Assembly (NCBI GenBank): GCA_965222605.1
Contig: OZ244960.1
Location: 5,280,001 to 5,344,000 of the forward strand
Source: Candidatus Latescibacterota bacterium
GTDB lineage: Bacteria; Latescibacterota; UBA2968
Direction of reading: 5' to 3'
DNA length: 64,000 bases
Positions 9,231 to 17,822 of this stretch are shown here, piece after piece (position 1 is the stretch's first letter; every line of letters begins with the position of its first letter). The position numbers and the translations under genes are program-made. The notes beneath the pieces were generated by a model. That model had not been told where the DNA came from. It saw only the letters and a list, made by a program, of their open reading frames with translations, and did not search any database.

Positions 9231-9569
9231 ATGAGAATACTTGCCGACGAAAATATATCGGAGCAGGTCGTTGTCCGGCTACGTGCTGCAGGCCAGGATG
9301 TACGATGGACGAAGGAAACGGACCGAGGCGAAGCAGACCCTAACCTGCTGGAATTGGCAACGCGGGAAAGACGTACGCTGATAACTTATGATAAGGACTT
9401 TGGAGACCTTGTGCATCGTGACGGTATGTCCGCCCCTCACGGCGTCATCTTGTTTCGTATTCACAGCGATGTGCCAGATTCAGTGAAAACCGAATTTGTC
9501 GCCAGTAGCGTTATGGCTTGGGATAGTTTGCCGTCCGGAATCTGGACGATTCAGATACGGCACCAATGA
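9231..9569 (+). CDS. DUF5615 PIN-like toxin (VapC45-like)
   Basis: MRILADENIS...D..LLELA.RERRTLITYDKDFG; directly abuts the DUF433 gene. Confidence 0.9.
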   Translation: MRILADENISEQVVVRLRAAGQDVRWTKETDRGEADPNLLELATRERRTLITYDKDFGDLVHRDGMSAPHGVILFRIHSDVPDSVKTEFVASSVMAWDSLPSGIWTIQIRHQ

Positions 9570-9582
9570 AGCAGTTCTACTC

Positions 9583-9671
9583 ATCGGATCAAAACAGCCC
9601 GTAATTGCACGGCTCGAAGATGCGGATTATGAAGGACATTCACTCACGATGCTTCAAAGAATCGCGATCGC
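9583..9671 (+). repeat. 89-bp exact direct repeat, copy 2 (internal fragment of the HTH gene)
   Basis: Identical to 693-781. Confidence 0.97.
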
Positions 9672-9690
9672 TATGACTCGGAACTAAACC

Positions 9691-9730
9691 AAAGGGGTGA
9701 GCATTGTATTGTAGCAATGCTCGCCCCTTT
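9691..9730. terminator. 16-bp-stem hairpin, likely terminator
   Basis: aaaggggtgagcattg-tattgtag-caatgctcgccccttt (one G-U pair). Confidence 0.6.
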
Positions 9731-9757
9731 ACCACAAAAAGTGAATAGGAGATTTAT

Positions 9758-9979
9758 ATGGCATCTAAAATGACTTTTGTGCTCACACAAATCGACAAAG
9801 GCTCACCAGAGGCTCCTTCTGCATGGAACGTAAAACTTGAAATCGAATCAGGAGATGTTGTTTTTGACGACATAAACATAGAAGGCCGAAATCAGGCCAT
9901 TGAATTTGTGGATGACATACGAAACGCAAAAGTAGTTGCCCGCGAGTTTCGACATAAAGTAATTCGAGAACCAAGCTAA
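9758..9979 (+). CDS. Small hypothetical protein
   Basis: ATG with AGGAG RBS; plausible composition; no recognised family. Confidence 0.55.
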   Translation: MASKMTFVLTQIDKGSPEAPSAWNVKLEIESGDVVFDDINIEGRNQAIEFVDDIRNAKVVAREFRHKVIREPS

Positions 9980-10016
9980 TTTAGGTGCGAATATAAACAT
10001 TTTTGGAGGAAGGTGA

Positions 10017-10247
10017 ATGGAATCCGTTTTTGTTCTTGTTTTTGTTATCCTTTTGCTCATATTTTTTTATTTTATCCCCTCATTTAATGCATACGGGCGG
10101 AGGCATAAGTGGAGTTACCTCGTTTTGGTGGCGTGTTTAGGACTTACTCCTACTTCTCGGAGATATTGGCAAAAATTGCGGACCACCTCGAGTACACAAC
10201 AAAAGCCCGTCGATCATCACCGATTGACGGGCTTTCTTTTGCAATGA
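10017..10247 (+). pseudogene. Possible superinfection-immunity (Imm-like) membrane protein fragment
   Basis: Hydrophobic N-terminus then YFIPSFNAYGRRHK, like the YFxPxxxAxxRxH motif; similarity lost downstream; GGAGG-like RBS. Confidence 0.45.
10201..10240. terminator. Bidirectional terminator downstream of tRNA-Asn
   Basis: aaaagcccgtcgatc-atcacc-gattgacgggctttctttt. Confidence 0.75.
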
Positions 10248-10282
10248 AACAGATAGATTAAAATTCAGCGAGAAGATATTCT

Positions 10283-10358
10283 TGGCTCCGGCGGTAGGAC
10301 TCGAACCTACGACCCAGTGGTTAACAGCCACTTGCTCTGCCAGCTGAGCTACGCCGGA
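10283..10358 (-). tRNA. tRNA-Asn (GTT)
   Basis: TCCGGCGTAGCTCAGCTGGCAGAGCAAGTGGCT-GTT-AACCACTGGGTCGTAGGTTCGAGTCCTACCGCCGGAGCCA, 76 nt with encoded CCA. Confidence 0.97.
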
Positions 10359-10382
10359 ACGTAATATTTCCAATAGCGATGA

Positions 10383-10411
10383 AATCTACTGGAAGTGAAT
10401 ATCAGTGTCAA
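10383..10411 (-). promoter_or_regulatory. Sigma70-like promoter for tRNA-Asn
   Basis: TTGACA-17 nt-TAGATT on the minus strand. Confidence 0.65.
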
Positions 10412-10464
10412 GCGCAATTTTTAATCCTTTGATTTATCAGTGTCTGAATATCAGGGCATTCCTC

Positions 10465-10493
10465 TTGACATCCCTCCGGTGAACATCTATGTT
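10465..10493 (+). promoter_or_regulatory. Sigma70-like promoter for the rpiB-like gene
   Basis: TTGACA-17 nt-TATGTT. Confidence 0.6.
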
Positions 10494-10567
10494 TTCAATT
10501 CTTAGCGGTTAGCAGTTCGTTCGTCCAATCTCCCCAGCCCCCAGTCCCTATCCTCTTGCTATCTATT

Positions 10568-11290
10568 ATGCCAGATGAGAAACTGATACAGCGGATTGTT
10601 GCCGAAGTTGTGCGGCGGTTGAAGGCGCTGGAGGGGGTCGCGGTATCTGAACCGATTGACCCACCAGTGAGTCTGGTGACGGAAGATCTGGTCAAATCTG
10701 CAATCAAACGCGGTGGTGATGCGGTTTATGTGACGCCCAACGCGATTGTGACGCCGTTGGCACGGGATTTGATACGACGGCAGAAAGTGCGTCTGGTCGT
10801 GGCTGATGATGAGGCGGTGATTCAAGACCCACAGAAATCGAGTGTATTAGCTATTGGTGCAGATCACAAAGGATTCGAGCTGAAGAAACAGATTGCGCTT
10901 ATGTTGCAAGATGCCGGGCGGGAAGTGATTGATTGTGGCGTACATAGTCCGCAAGAAGTATCTTATGTCGGTGTGGCAAAAACGGTGGCCGACGTTGTTC
11001 TGGAAAAAAATTTGATGACGGGTATTGTGATTGATGGGGGAGGAACGGGAACTGCTCTCGTTGCGAATAAAATAAAGGAGATTCGCGCTGTTTCGTGTCA
11101 CGATGTGACATCGGCCAAATTTGCCCGGGCCCATGTGGATGCCAATATTTTGTGTCTCGGTGTGGGTGTGGTGGGGGATACCGTGGCAAAAGAGATTGTT
11201 GCGACGTGGTTGAGCACCCCATTTGAAGGTGGGCAATATGCCGCGCGTGTTCGGGAAATTGGTGAGGTGGAGGGTGGGAATGGGGATTGA
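10568..11290 (+). CDS. rpiB: RpiB/LacA/LacB sugar-phosphate isomerase with N-terminal extension (microcompartment-type)
   Basis: LAIGADHKGFELK, GIVIDGGGTG..VANKIKEIRA, ARAHVDANILCLG, WLSTPFEGG; ~90-aa N-terminal extension beginning LIQRIVAEVVRRL. Confidence 0.85.
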   Translation: MPDEKLIQRIVAEVVRRLKALEGVAVSEPIDPPVSLVTEDLVKSAIKRGGDAVYVTPNAIVTPLARDLIRRQKVRLVVADDEAVIQDPQKSSVLAIGADHKGFELKKQIALMLQDAGREVIDCGVHSPQEVSYVGVAKTVADVVLEKNLMTGIVIDGGGTGTALVANKIKEIRAVSCHDVTSAKFARAHVDANILCLGVGVVGDTVAKEIVATWLSTPFEGGQYAARVREIGEVEGGNGD

Positions 11291-11320
11291 GCTGAGTGTC
11301 CTTCTAATCAGGAGATATCT

Positions 11321-12091
11321 ATGCTTTCACAAGAGCAACTCGCGCAATATGACCGAGATGGGTATGTGCTGGTGTCGGGATTAATTCCAGAAGAGACAAT
11401 TGCCAATGCGGAAGCTGCGATGTGGTCTGTGCTCGGGATGGTTCGGGATGATCCGGCTTCGTGGTCTCCTTTGCCAGACAAAACAGATGGGGTGACAACA
11501 AATGCCAACCAGGGGGTGATTGAACATTTTGGGGTTCAAGATCCCGCGTTGCTGGCTTGTTGTACGCCCGCGTTTTACGAGGCGCAGAGCCAACTGGTTC
11601 GGGAGAATGCAGATGCATTTCACTGTCAGAAGCCACAGCCTGAGGCAGTGTGGGCACGCAGTGTATTTCCGGTTTCGAAAGGCTGGGATTATCTCAATGG
11701 GCACGTCGATGGTGGACATCGACCTTTCAATGTTTTTCCGGGGTCATTCCGGGTCTCCTCTCTGACTTATCTCGATTCTGGTGTTGCACAAGGTGGTGGG
11801 ACCGCGGTCTGGCCAGGGTCGCATCGGAAGTTCAGCGAGATGGCAGTGCAGGATCCTGACCGGTTTCGAATGCTGTCGGATTTTGCGAAACCTCAACAAA
11901 GGTTCGGTCTGGGAGAGCCGATTGAGTTGAGGCCGTCCCGAGGAGAGGTACTGTTTTTTCATTATCTGTTAGTACACTGTGGATCTCTCAATACAAGCAA
12001 TAAACCGCGTTTTGCCCTCCGCTGGATGTGTACCTGTGACGCATGTCGCATCTGGGAAAAACACGGCAGGTGGAATATCTGGATGCCCTGA
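11321..12091 (+). CDS. PhyH-family dioxygenase
   Basis: LSQEQLAQYDRDGYVLV, GHVDG (HxD), GGTAVWPGSHR, GEVLFFHYLLVHCG, PRFALR. Confidence 0.9.
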   Translation: MLSQEQLAQYDRDGYVLVSGLIPEETIANAEAAMWSVLGMVRDDPASWSPLPDKTDGVTTNANQGVIEHFGVQDPALLACCTPAFYEAQSQLVRENADAFHCQKPQPEAVWARSVFPVSKGWDYLNGHVDGGHRPFNVFPGSFRVSSLTYLDSGVAQGGGTAVWPGSHRKFSEMAVQDPDRFRMLSDFAKPQQRFGLGEPIELRPSRGEVLFFHYLLVHCGSLNTSNKPRFALRWMCTCDACRIWEKHGRWNIWMP

Positions 12092-12167
12092 TGTTGATGG
12101 TTGACTCTGTGTGGGGAAACCCGTATATTTTTTTCTCTATAACCAGTGTTGTTTTCGCGGGGTATCC

Positions 12168-12626
12168 GTGCTGGATGACGACCTGACAGGCATGAAATTT
12201 GCGCTCGAAGAAGCCCGCGTGGCGGCAAGCGAACATGAAGTGCCTATTGGCGCTGTTGTGATGCACAATGGCGAGGTGATCGCACGAGATCACAATCGCA
12301 TTGTCCAGCGAAATGATCCCACAGCGCATGCCGAAATGCTCGTTATTGGGCAGGCAACAAAAAAGTTGGGCGTTCGGTGGCTAAATAACTGCGTGCTTTA
12401 CGCAACACTGGAACCCTGTGCGATGTGTGCAGGTGCTATGGTGCTTGCCCGATTGTCCCGGTTGGTCTTTGGAGCTTGCGATCCCAAAACCGGGGCCTGC
12501 GGATCCCTGAGAAATATTGTGGAAGATACCCGCCTGAATCATCGCATGGATGTGCGCAGAGGCGTTTTAGAAGATGCGTGTGGTCAGGTGTTGCGGGCGT
12601 TTTTTCAAACTTTGCGGGAAAAATAA
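12168..12626 (+). CDS. tadA: tRNA adenosine(34) deaminase
   Basis: EVPIGAV, DPTAHAEM, TLEPCAMCAGA, DPKTGACGS, LNHR; GTG start chosen at 12168. Confidence 0.93.
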   Translation: MLDDDLTGMKFALEEARVAASEHEVPIGAVVMHNGEVIARDHNRIVQRNDPTAHAEMLVIGQATKKLGVRWLNNCVLYATLEPCAMCAGAMVLARLSRLVFGACDPKTGACGSLRNIVEDTRLNHRMDVRRGVLEDACGQVLRAFFQTLREK

Positions 12627-12631
12627 ATATT

Positions 12632-12721
<90 letters not shown>

Positions 12722-12794
12722 AAAACAAGAGCGTATCAACAATCAGCGCACAAGTGTGTGAGGAAGCCGATAGCTGACGGCTTACAGCTATATT

Positions 12795-12884
<90 letters not shown>

Positions 12885-12903
12885 AAAATATCACGAGGTT
12901 GTT

Positions 12904-13275
12904 ATGCCGCATCCTATTCGCATTACAGTTGGCGATATTGAACTCGACGCCGAGTTGAACGATTCGCAAACAGCAGGCAAGATTCGTGAGGTTTTACCGC
13001 TGGATTGTTCGTTTAATACCTGGGGCGATGAGATTTACTTTTCAATTCCCGTTGAAGCAGGCCCCGAAGATGCATGTGAAACGGTGGCGTTAAACGACCT
13101 TGGATATTGGCCGCCGGGTCATGCGTTTTGCATTTTTTACGGTCAGACCCCAGCCAGTCATGGAGATGAAATTCGTCCGGCAAGTCCCGTCAATATTATT
13201 GGACGGGTGCTGGGTGATGCTACGGTGCTCAAGTCCGTTTCGGGAGTACGCAACATCGTGGTTGAAGCCGTTTAG
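12904..13275 (+). CDS. Cyclophilin-like fold protein (TM1367/DUF369 type)
   Basis: AELNDSQTA, WGDEIYF, LGYWPPGHAFCIFYGQTP, PASPVNIIGR; true start after the tRNA with GAGG RBS. Confidence 0.85.
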   Translation: MPHPIRITVGDIELDAELNDSQTAGKIREVLPLDCSFNTWGDEIYFSIPVEAGPEDACETVALNDLGYWPPGHAFCIFYGQTPASHGDEIRPASPVNIIGRVLGDATVLKSVSGVRNIVVEAV

Positions 13276-13276
13276 G

Positions 13277-13353
<77 letters not shown>

Positions 13354-13410
13354 AAAATTGTTAAGAGGTAAGAGGCGAGAGTAAGATCCCTCTCGTATCT
13401 CACTGTTTTC

Positions 13411-13685
13411 AGGTCGTGCTAGACGGGGAGATAGCGGTGCCCTGTAGCCCGCAATCCGCTATAGCGGGGTCGAATTCCACGTCTGAGAGCCGGTATTTTG
13501 GATCGCGGTCAATGAGTAAGCAGCGTTGATCGTCAGGTCCTGCGCGACGCGCCTATGCTGAACCCCGTCAGGACCGGAAGGTAGCAGCGGTAAGCAAATA
13601 GGTGCGTGTGCCGCAGGGGCACCTGGCAGGAGCCCGCGCTCGTTGAACGCCCTGGGGTAGCGGTTCGAAGCGCGGTGCACGACCT
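13411..13685 (+). ncRNA. ffs: Signal recognition particle RNA, large bacterial type with Alu domain
   Basis: 5' CGTGCTAGACGGGGAGATAGCGGTGCCCTG...GCAATCCGCT like Bacillus scRNA; helix-8 core GTCAGGACCGGAAGGTAGCAGC; ends pair (aggtcgtgc / gcacgacct); upstream of dnaX. Confidence 0.92.
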
Positions 13686-13734
13686 TTTTTTCAGGCTGGG
13701 GGCTGGGGTGGGAATGGCCCCCTTTGGAGTTTTT

Positions 13735-15465
13735 ATGTCTTACATGGTAATGGCCCGAAAGCGGAGGCCACAGGCATTTGAAACAGTGGTTGCACAAAAC
13801 CATGTGACCACCACATTGCAAAACGCCATTCGGCTGGGGCGCGTGGCGCAGTCGTATCTGTTTTCTGGGCCGCGAGGAACAGGTAAGACCACTACGGCGC
13901 GATTGCTTGCCATGGCACTCAATTGCGAGCAAGGGCCAACGGCTGAACCGTGTAGGGAGTGTGCTTCGTGTGTTGCCATTCGCAAGGGCAACAGCATGGA
14001 TGTGCTGGAAATTGACGGGGCTTCGAACCGCGGGATTGATGAAATCAGACAATTGCGCGAAGAGGTGGGGTATGCGGCCTCGCAAGGCAAGCGCAAGGTT
14101 TATATCATTGACGAAGTACACATGCTCACTACTGAGGCTTTTAATGCCTTGCTCAAAACACTCGAAGAACCGCCAGCGCATGTTGTTTTTGTATTTGCGA
14201 CGACCGAGGCTCACAAAGTACCTGAAACTATTTTGTCTCGGTGTCAGCGCTACAATTTTCGGCGTATTCCACCCGTGGCAATTGTGGAAGAACTCAAAAT
14301 GGCTGTGGATGAAGAAGGCGTAATGGCGGAAGACTCCGCGCTGTTTTTGATCGCTCGAAAAGCCGATGGAGGCATGCGCGATGCACTGAGTTTGTTGGAT
14401 CAGGTCATTGCATTTTCAGATGCTGGTATTACGGAAGATGCCGTACAAAATTTACTGGGTTTGATTCCCCGAGATGTGTATTTTGATCTGACTCAGGCCA
14501 TTGTGGCGCGGGATGGTGCCCGCGCATTGGAGATTGTTGATGAACTGGCACGCGAAGGCAGTGATCTGGGTGAATTTGTGGCGGGCCTGATGGCGCATTT
14601 TCGACATTTACTCATTGCTTGTGCCGCGGGAGATTTAACAGATGAAAATTTGCCAGAGGCTGACCGCGCACAGTATGCCGAGGTCGCCGCTCAATTCGAA
14701 GAGGCCGATCTCGTGCGCATGCTCAATGCTGTAGGTGAACTGGAAACGCAGATTAGCCGGGTGACCGAGCCTCGATTCTGGCTCGAATTGACGGTTATGA
14801 AGCTGGTGCAGATGACGTCAAGTGTAGATTTGCAGGTTTTGATTGGTCGATTAGAACAACTCGAGCGGGGGTTAAAAAGCCAGGGAACGGTATCTGGTCG
14901 CGTACCTGCTGGACGGCCATTGCCCAGGCCCAAACCTGCATCACCGCAGAAAGCGACCTCATCCGGATCAGACACGCGCGCCAGGGTAGATAGTGCCAAA
15001 GTATCAACAACCGCTTCCAAAACTTCACCACCGCAACAGCAGGGCAATGGTCGTCCCGTGGCAGAACAGCCACAAGAAGAAATACCTCCAATGCCAGATG
15101 TATCTTCAGGAGAGCCACCAGATTTTTCTGTGATAAAAAATAAGTGGGAGCAACTCGTACAGAAAGTGAAGGAGAAGAAGATGTCGTTGGGCACATTTTT
15201 GGCCGAAGGCCATCCACAATCAATGGATGGGCGACATCTGGTGGTGGCTTTTCAAAAGCACCGCGAATTTCACGCCAGTCATGTGCGGCGCAGCCGCGCT
15301 CTGATAGAAGAAGTTGCGTGCGATGTTTTTGAAGGGACAGTCACCATTTCGTGTGAGGTTATTTACGATGATAATAAAGAGCAAATAGTTGAGGAGAAGA
15401 ATGCAGAAGAAGATGAGCGCGTGCAGATGGTGATGCAGGTTTTTAGTGGAGAAGTGATCCGGTAG
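13735..15465 (+). CDS. dnaX: DNA polymerase III subunit gamma/tau
   Basis: MSYMVMARKRRPQAF, GPRGTGKTT, EIDGASNRG, IIDEVHML, LLKTLEEPP, SRCQ; the ORF-track start overlaps the SRP RNA, so ATG 13735 used. Confidence 0.96.
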   Translation: MSYMVMARKRRPQAFETVVAQNHVTTTLQNAIRLGRVAQSYLFSGPRGTGKTTTARLLAMALNCEQGPTAEPCRECASCVAIRKGNSMDVLEIDGASNRGIDEIRQLREEVGYAASQGKRKVYIIDEVHMLTTEAFNALLKTLEEPPAHVVFVFATTEAHKVPETILSRCQRYNFRRIPPVAIVEELKMAVDEEGVMAEDSALFLIARKADGGMRDALSLLDQVIAFSDAGITEDAVQNLLGLIPRDVYFDLTQAIVARDGARALEIVDELAREGSDLGEFVAGLMAHFRHLLIACAAGDLTDENLPEADRAQYAEVAAQFEEADLVRMLNAVGELETQISRVTEPRFWLELTVMKLVQMTSSVDLQVLIGRLEQLERGLKSQGTVSGRVPAGRPLPRPKPASPQKATSSGSDTRARVDSAKVSTTASKTSPPQQQGNGRPVAEQPQEEIPPMPDVSSGEPPDFSVIKNKWEQLVQKVKEKKMSLGTFLAEGHPQSMDGRHLVVAFQKHREFHASHVRRSRALIEEVACDVFEGTVTISCEVIYDDNKEQIVEEKNAEEDERVQMVMQVFSGEVIR

Positions 15466-15510
15466 GGATGTGCGTCCAATATGCGCAGAACAGAGATAAG
15501 GAGCTAAAGT

Positions 15511-15837
15511 ATGGCAAAAGGTATGGGCGCGATGATGAAGCAGGCTCAAAAATTGCAAGCCAAGCTGGCCAGAGTGCAAGAAGAACTGGGGGCAAAAGAG
15601 GTAGAGGCGACTTCTGGTGGGGGTATGGTGACAGTAAGGGCCAGTGGGCATCAAGATATTTTGTCGATAAAAATTAATCCCGAAGTCGTTGATCCCGAAG
15701 ATGTGGAAATGCTGGAAGATCTCGTGCTGGCGGCGGTTCAGCAGGCGCGAAAAAAAGCTGCGGATATGGCCGAGGCAGAAATGCAGAAAGCCACAGCGGG
15801 TCTTGTTCCCCCCGGTATGAGTATGCCGGGTTTTTGA
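15511..15837 (+). CDS. ybaB: YbaB/EbfC nucleoid-associated protein
   Basis: MMKQAQKLQ, SGGGMVTV, DPEDVEMLEDLVLAA; between dnaX and recR. Confidence 0.95.
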   Translation: MAKGMGAMMKQAQKLQAKLARVQEELGAKEVEATSGGGMVTVRASGHQDILSIKINPEVVDPEDVEMLEDLVLAAVQQARKKAADMAEAEMQKATAGLVPPGMSMPGF

Positions 15838-15882
15838 GGTTGGAACCGCGAAGCCTTCGCGCTATAGTTTTTGGAGTTTCCC

Positions 15883-16476
15883 ATGGCATCAGAAGCCATT
15901 GAAAAATTGATTGCCGCTTTAAATCGGTTGCCCGGAATCGGCGCCAAATCAGCACGGCGTCTCGCGCTGGAGATGCTGACATGGGATACGGATGAGGTGC
16001 GCGAACTCGCCGATTTGATGGTGGATGTCAAGACCCGGGTGCGGCGGTGCTCAATTTGTTTTAATTTGACAGAGATTGAACCGTGTTCTGTGTGCAGCGA
16101 TACGCGTCGAGATCGTTCCAGTGTGATGGTGATTGATTTTATCGGCGATCTTTTGGCATTTGAGCGCACCGGGCTTTATCGGGGGCTTTATCACGTACTG
16201 GACGGGCGAATTTCGCCTCTGGATGGTATTGGTCCAGAAGACTTGAATATTCCCCAATTGCTCCACCGCTTGCGCCAGGGGGAAATTCGAGAAGTGATTC
16301 TCGCCAACGGTCCAACCGTAGAGGGCGATGCCACGGCACAATATCTGTCTCAATGTTTGACTCCGTTTGAAGTATCTGTCACACAAATTGCGCGCGGGTT
16401 GCCGGTGGGCAGTGATCTCGCCCTGGCCGATCAAGTGACATTGTCGCGTGCGCTGGAAGGCCGTCGGGAGTATTAA
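15883..16476 (+). CDS. recR: Recombination mediator RecR
   Basis: LPGIGAKSARRLA, CSIC...CSVC zinc finger, YHVL.GRISPLDGIGP, ARGLPVG. Confidence 0.96.
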   Translation: MASEAIEKLIAALNRLPGIGAKSARRLALEMLTWDTDEVRELADLMVDVKTRVRRCSICFNLTEIEPCSVCSDTRRDRSSVMVIDFIGDLLAFERTGLYRGLYHVLDGRISPLDGIGPEDLNIPQLLHRLRQGEIREVILANGPTVEGDATAQYLSQCLTPFEVSVTQIARGLPVGSDLALADQVTLSRALEGRREY

Positions 16477-17118
16477 ATGCCCCAGGTAAATACCATAGAG
16501 TCGAATCGCATGACAATGCCTGAGCCGCATACCCCAAATCGGTTGTGGACAGTGCCCAATATCTTAACGGTGTCGCGTCTGTTGCTTACGCCCGTGTTTT
16601 TGCTATTGATTTTTTCTGCCAACTGGTATTTCAAAATCCTTGCGCTGCTTGTATTTACGGTAGCCTCGCTGACGGATTTTTACGATGGGCGCATTGCGCG
16701 GCGTGACGGTACAGTGACCAACTTTGGTCGCTTTATGGATCCGCTGGCCGATAAGTTGCTGGTATCTGCGGCGTTGATTGCTTTTGTGCGTTTGGGCATG
16801 GTTGAAGCATGGCTTATCGGGGCGATGCTCGTGCGCGATGTCGTGATCACGGGATTGCGAATTTTTGCGATTCGGCGAGGCAAGCCCGTGGTGACCTCAC
16901 AACTTGCAAAGTGGAAAACCATGCTGCAATTAGTACTTGTTTTTGGCATTTTGATCTTTATTAATGTGCGCGTGGTCGAAGCCGAATTGGCCGCCCAACC
17001 AATTGTGCTCGTGGGCGATATTTCTTATTGGGTTTTGAATGTCCTGGTGGCTGTCGTGACCCTCGTTGCCGTGGTTTCAGGCGTCCGGTATTTAATTGAA
17101 AATCGCAAGACTTTTTAA
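16477..17118 (+). CDS. pgsA: CDP-diacylglycerol--glycerol-3-phosphate 3-phosphatidyltransferase
   Basis: PNILTVSR, TDFYDGRIARR...FGRFMDPLADK motif. Confidence 0.92.
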   Translation: MPQVNTIESNRMTMPEPHTPNRLWTVPNILTVSRLLLTPVFLLLIFSANWYFKILALLVFTVASLTDFYDGRIARRDGTVTNFGRFMDPLADKLLVSAALIAFVRLGMVEAWLIGAMLVRDVVITGLRIFAIRRGKPVVTSQLAKWKTMLQLVLVFGILIFINVRVVEAELAAQPIVLVGDISYWVLNVLVAVVTLVAVVSGVRYLIENRKTF

Positions 17119-17147
17119 GGCGAGCGAATAGCTGGCCGCTCATTGCT

Positions 17148-17627
17148 ATGACAGATTTTCGGCCTTCTGAGCCACCATTTTTTGTCCGGTTGATTGCAAC
17201 CGGCTTTTTTTCTGGCTATTCGAGTTTTGCCCCGGGGACAGCCGGGTCGGGCGTGGCATTGGCAATTTATTGTCTGTTGCCGCCACTGAACTCATGGGTG
17301 TGGGGGCTGCTGCTGGTCGGGCTATTTTTTTTGGGAGTTTATACATCTCGGGCATGCGAAAAAGCCTGGGGTAAAGATCCCAAATATGTAGTGATTGACG
17401 AGTTTGTGGGTTTTTTTATTACGGTAAGTCTGCTTCCGCAGTCGGTGTTGACGGGCATTGTTGGCTTTGTCGTGTTTCGCATACTGGATATTATTAAGCC
17501 ACCGCCCGCCCGACAGGTCGAGGCATTGCCCGATGGGTGGGGTATCGTGGCTGACGATGTGATTGCGGGAATTTATGGACATCTGATTCTGAGATTATGG
17601 CTGGCATTCGCACCTTTATCGCTTTAG
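17148..17627 (+). CDS. pgpA: Phosphatidylglycerophosphatase A
   Basis: APGTAGS, DPKYVVIDEFVG, FRILDIIKPPP, GIVADDVIAG. Confidence 0.94.
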   Translation: MTDFRPSEPPFFVRLIATGFFSGYSSFAPGTAGSGVALAIYCLLPPLNSWVWGLLLVGLFFLGVYTSRACEKAWGKDPKYVVIDEFVGFFITVSLLPQSVLTGIVGFVVFRILDIIKPPPARQVEALPDGWGIVADDVIAGIYGHLILRLWLAFAPLSL

Positions 17628-17700
17628 AAATGCCCGTTGCTGTTAAACGGCAAGTCATTTCCTTGAGCCATTATCTTGCGGGAACGAGTATCCGGTTTCA
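17597..17700 (+). pseudogene. 5' remnant of a 2H phosphoesterase (ThpR/LigT-like) gene
   Basis: MAGIRTFIALEMPVAVK resembles the ThpR N-terminus and sits where thpR often lies (before recA); the rest of the gene is absent. Confidence 0.55.
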
Positions 17701-17717
17701 GATCGCTAAATCGTTTC

Positions 17718-17746
17718 TTGACCTATATACAAATGTTCACTATACT
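17718..17746 (+). promoter_or_regulatory. recA promoter with a possible SOS-box-like site in the spacer
   Basis: TTGACC-17 nt-TATACT; spacer contains ATAC-AAAT-GTTC (17727-17738). Confidence 0.65.
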
Positions 17747-17822
17747 GTGTTACACCTTGTGCGGTGCAGGAGACGAGAAGGGCTGCGCCGTGATCCCAAA
17801 CCTTTTGTAAGGAGAGATGCAG

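Noticed and set aside
13735-15465. Programmed frameshift in dnaX
   Set aside because: No A AAA AAG or long A-run slippery site seen at the expected position
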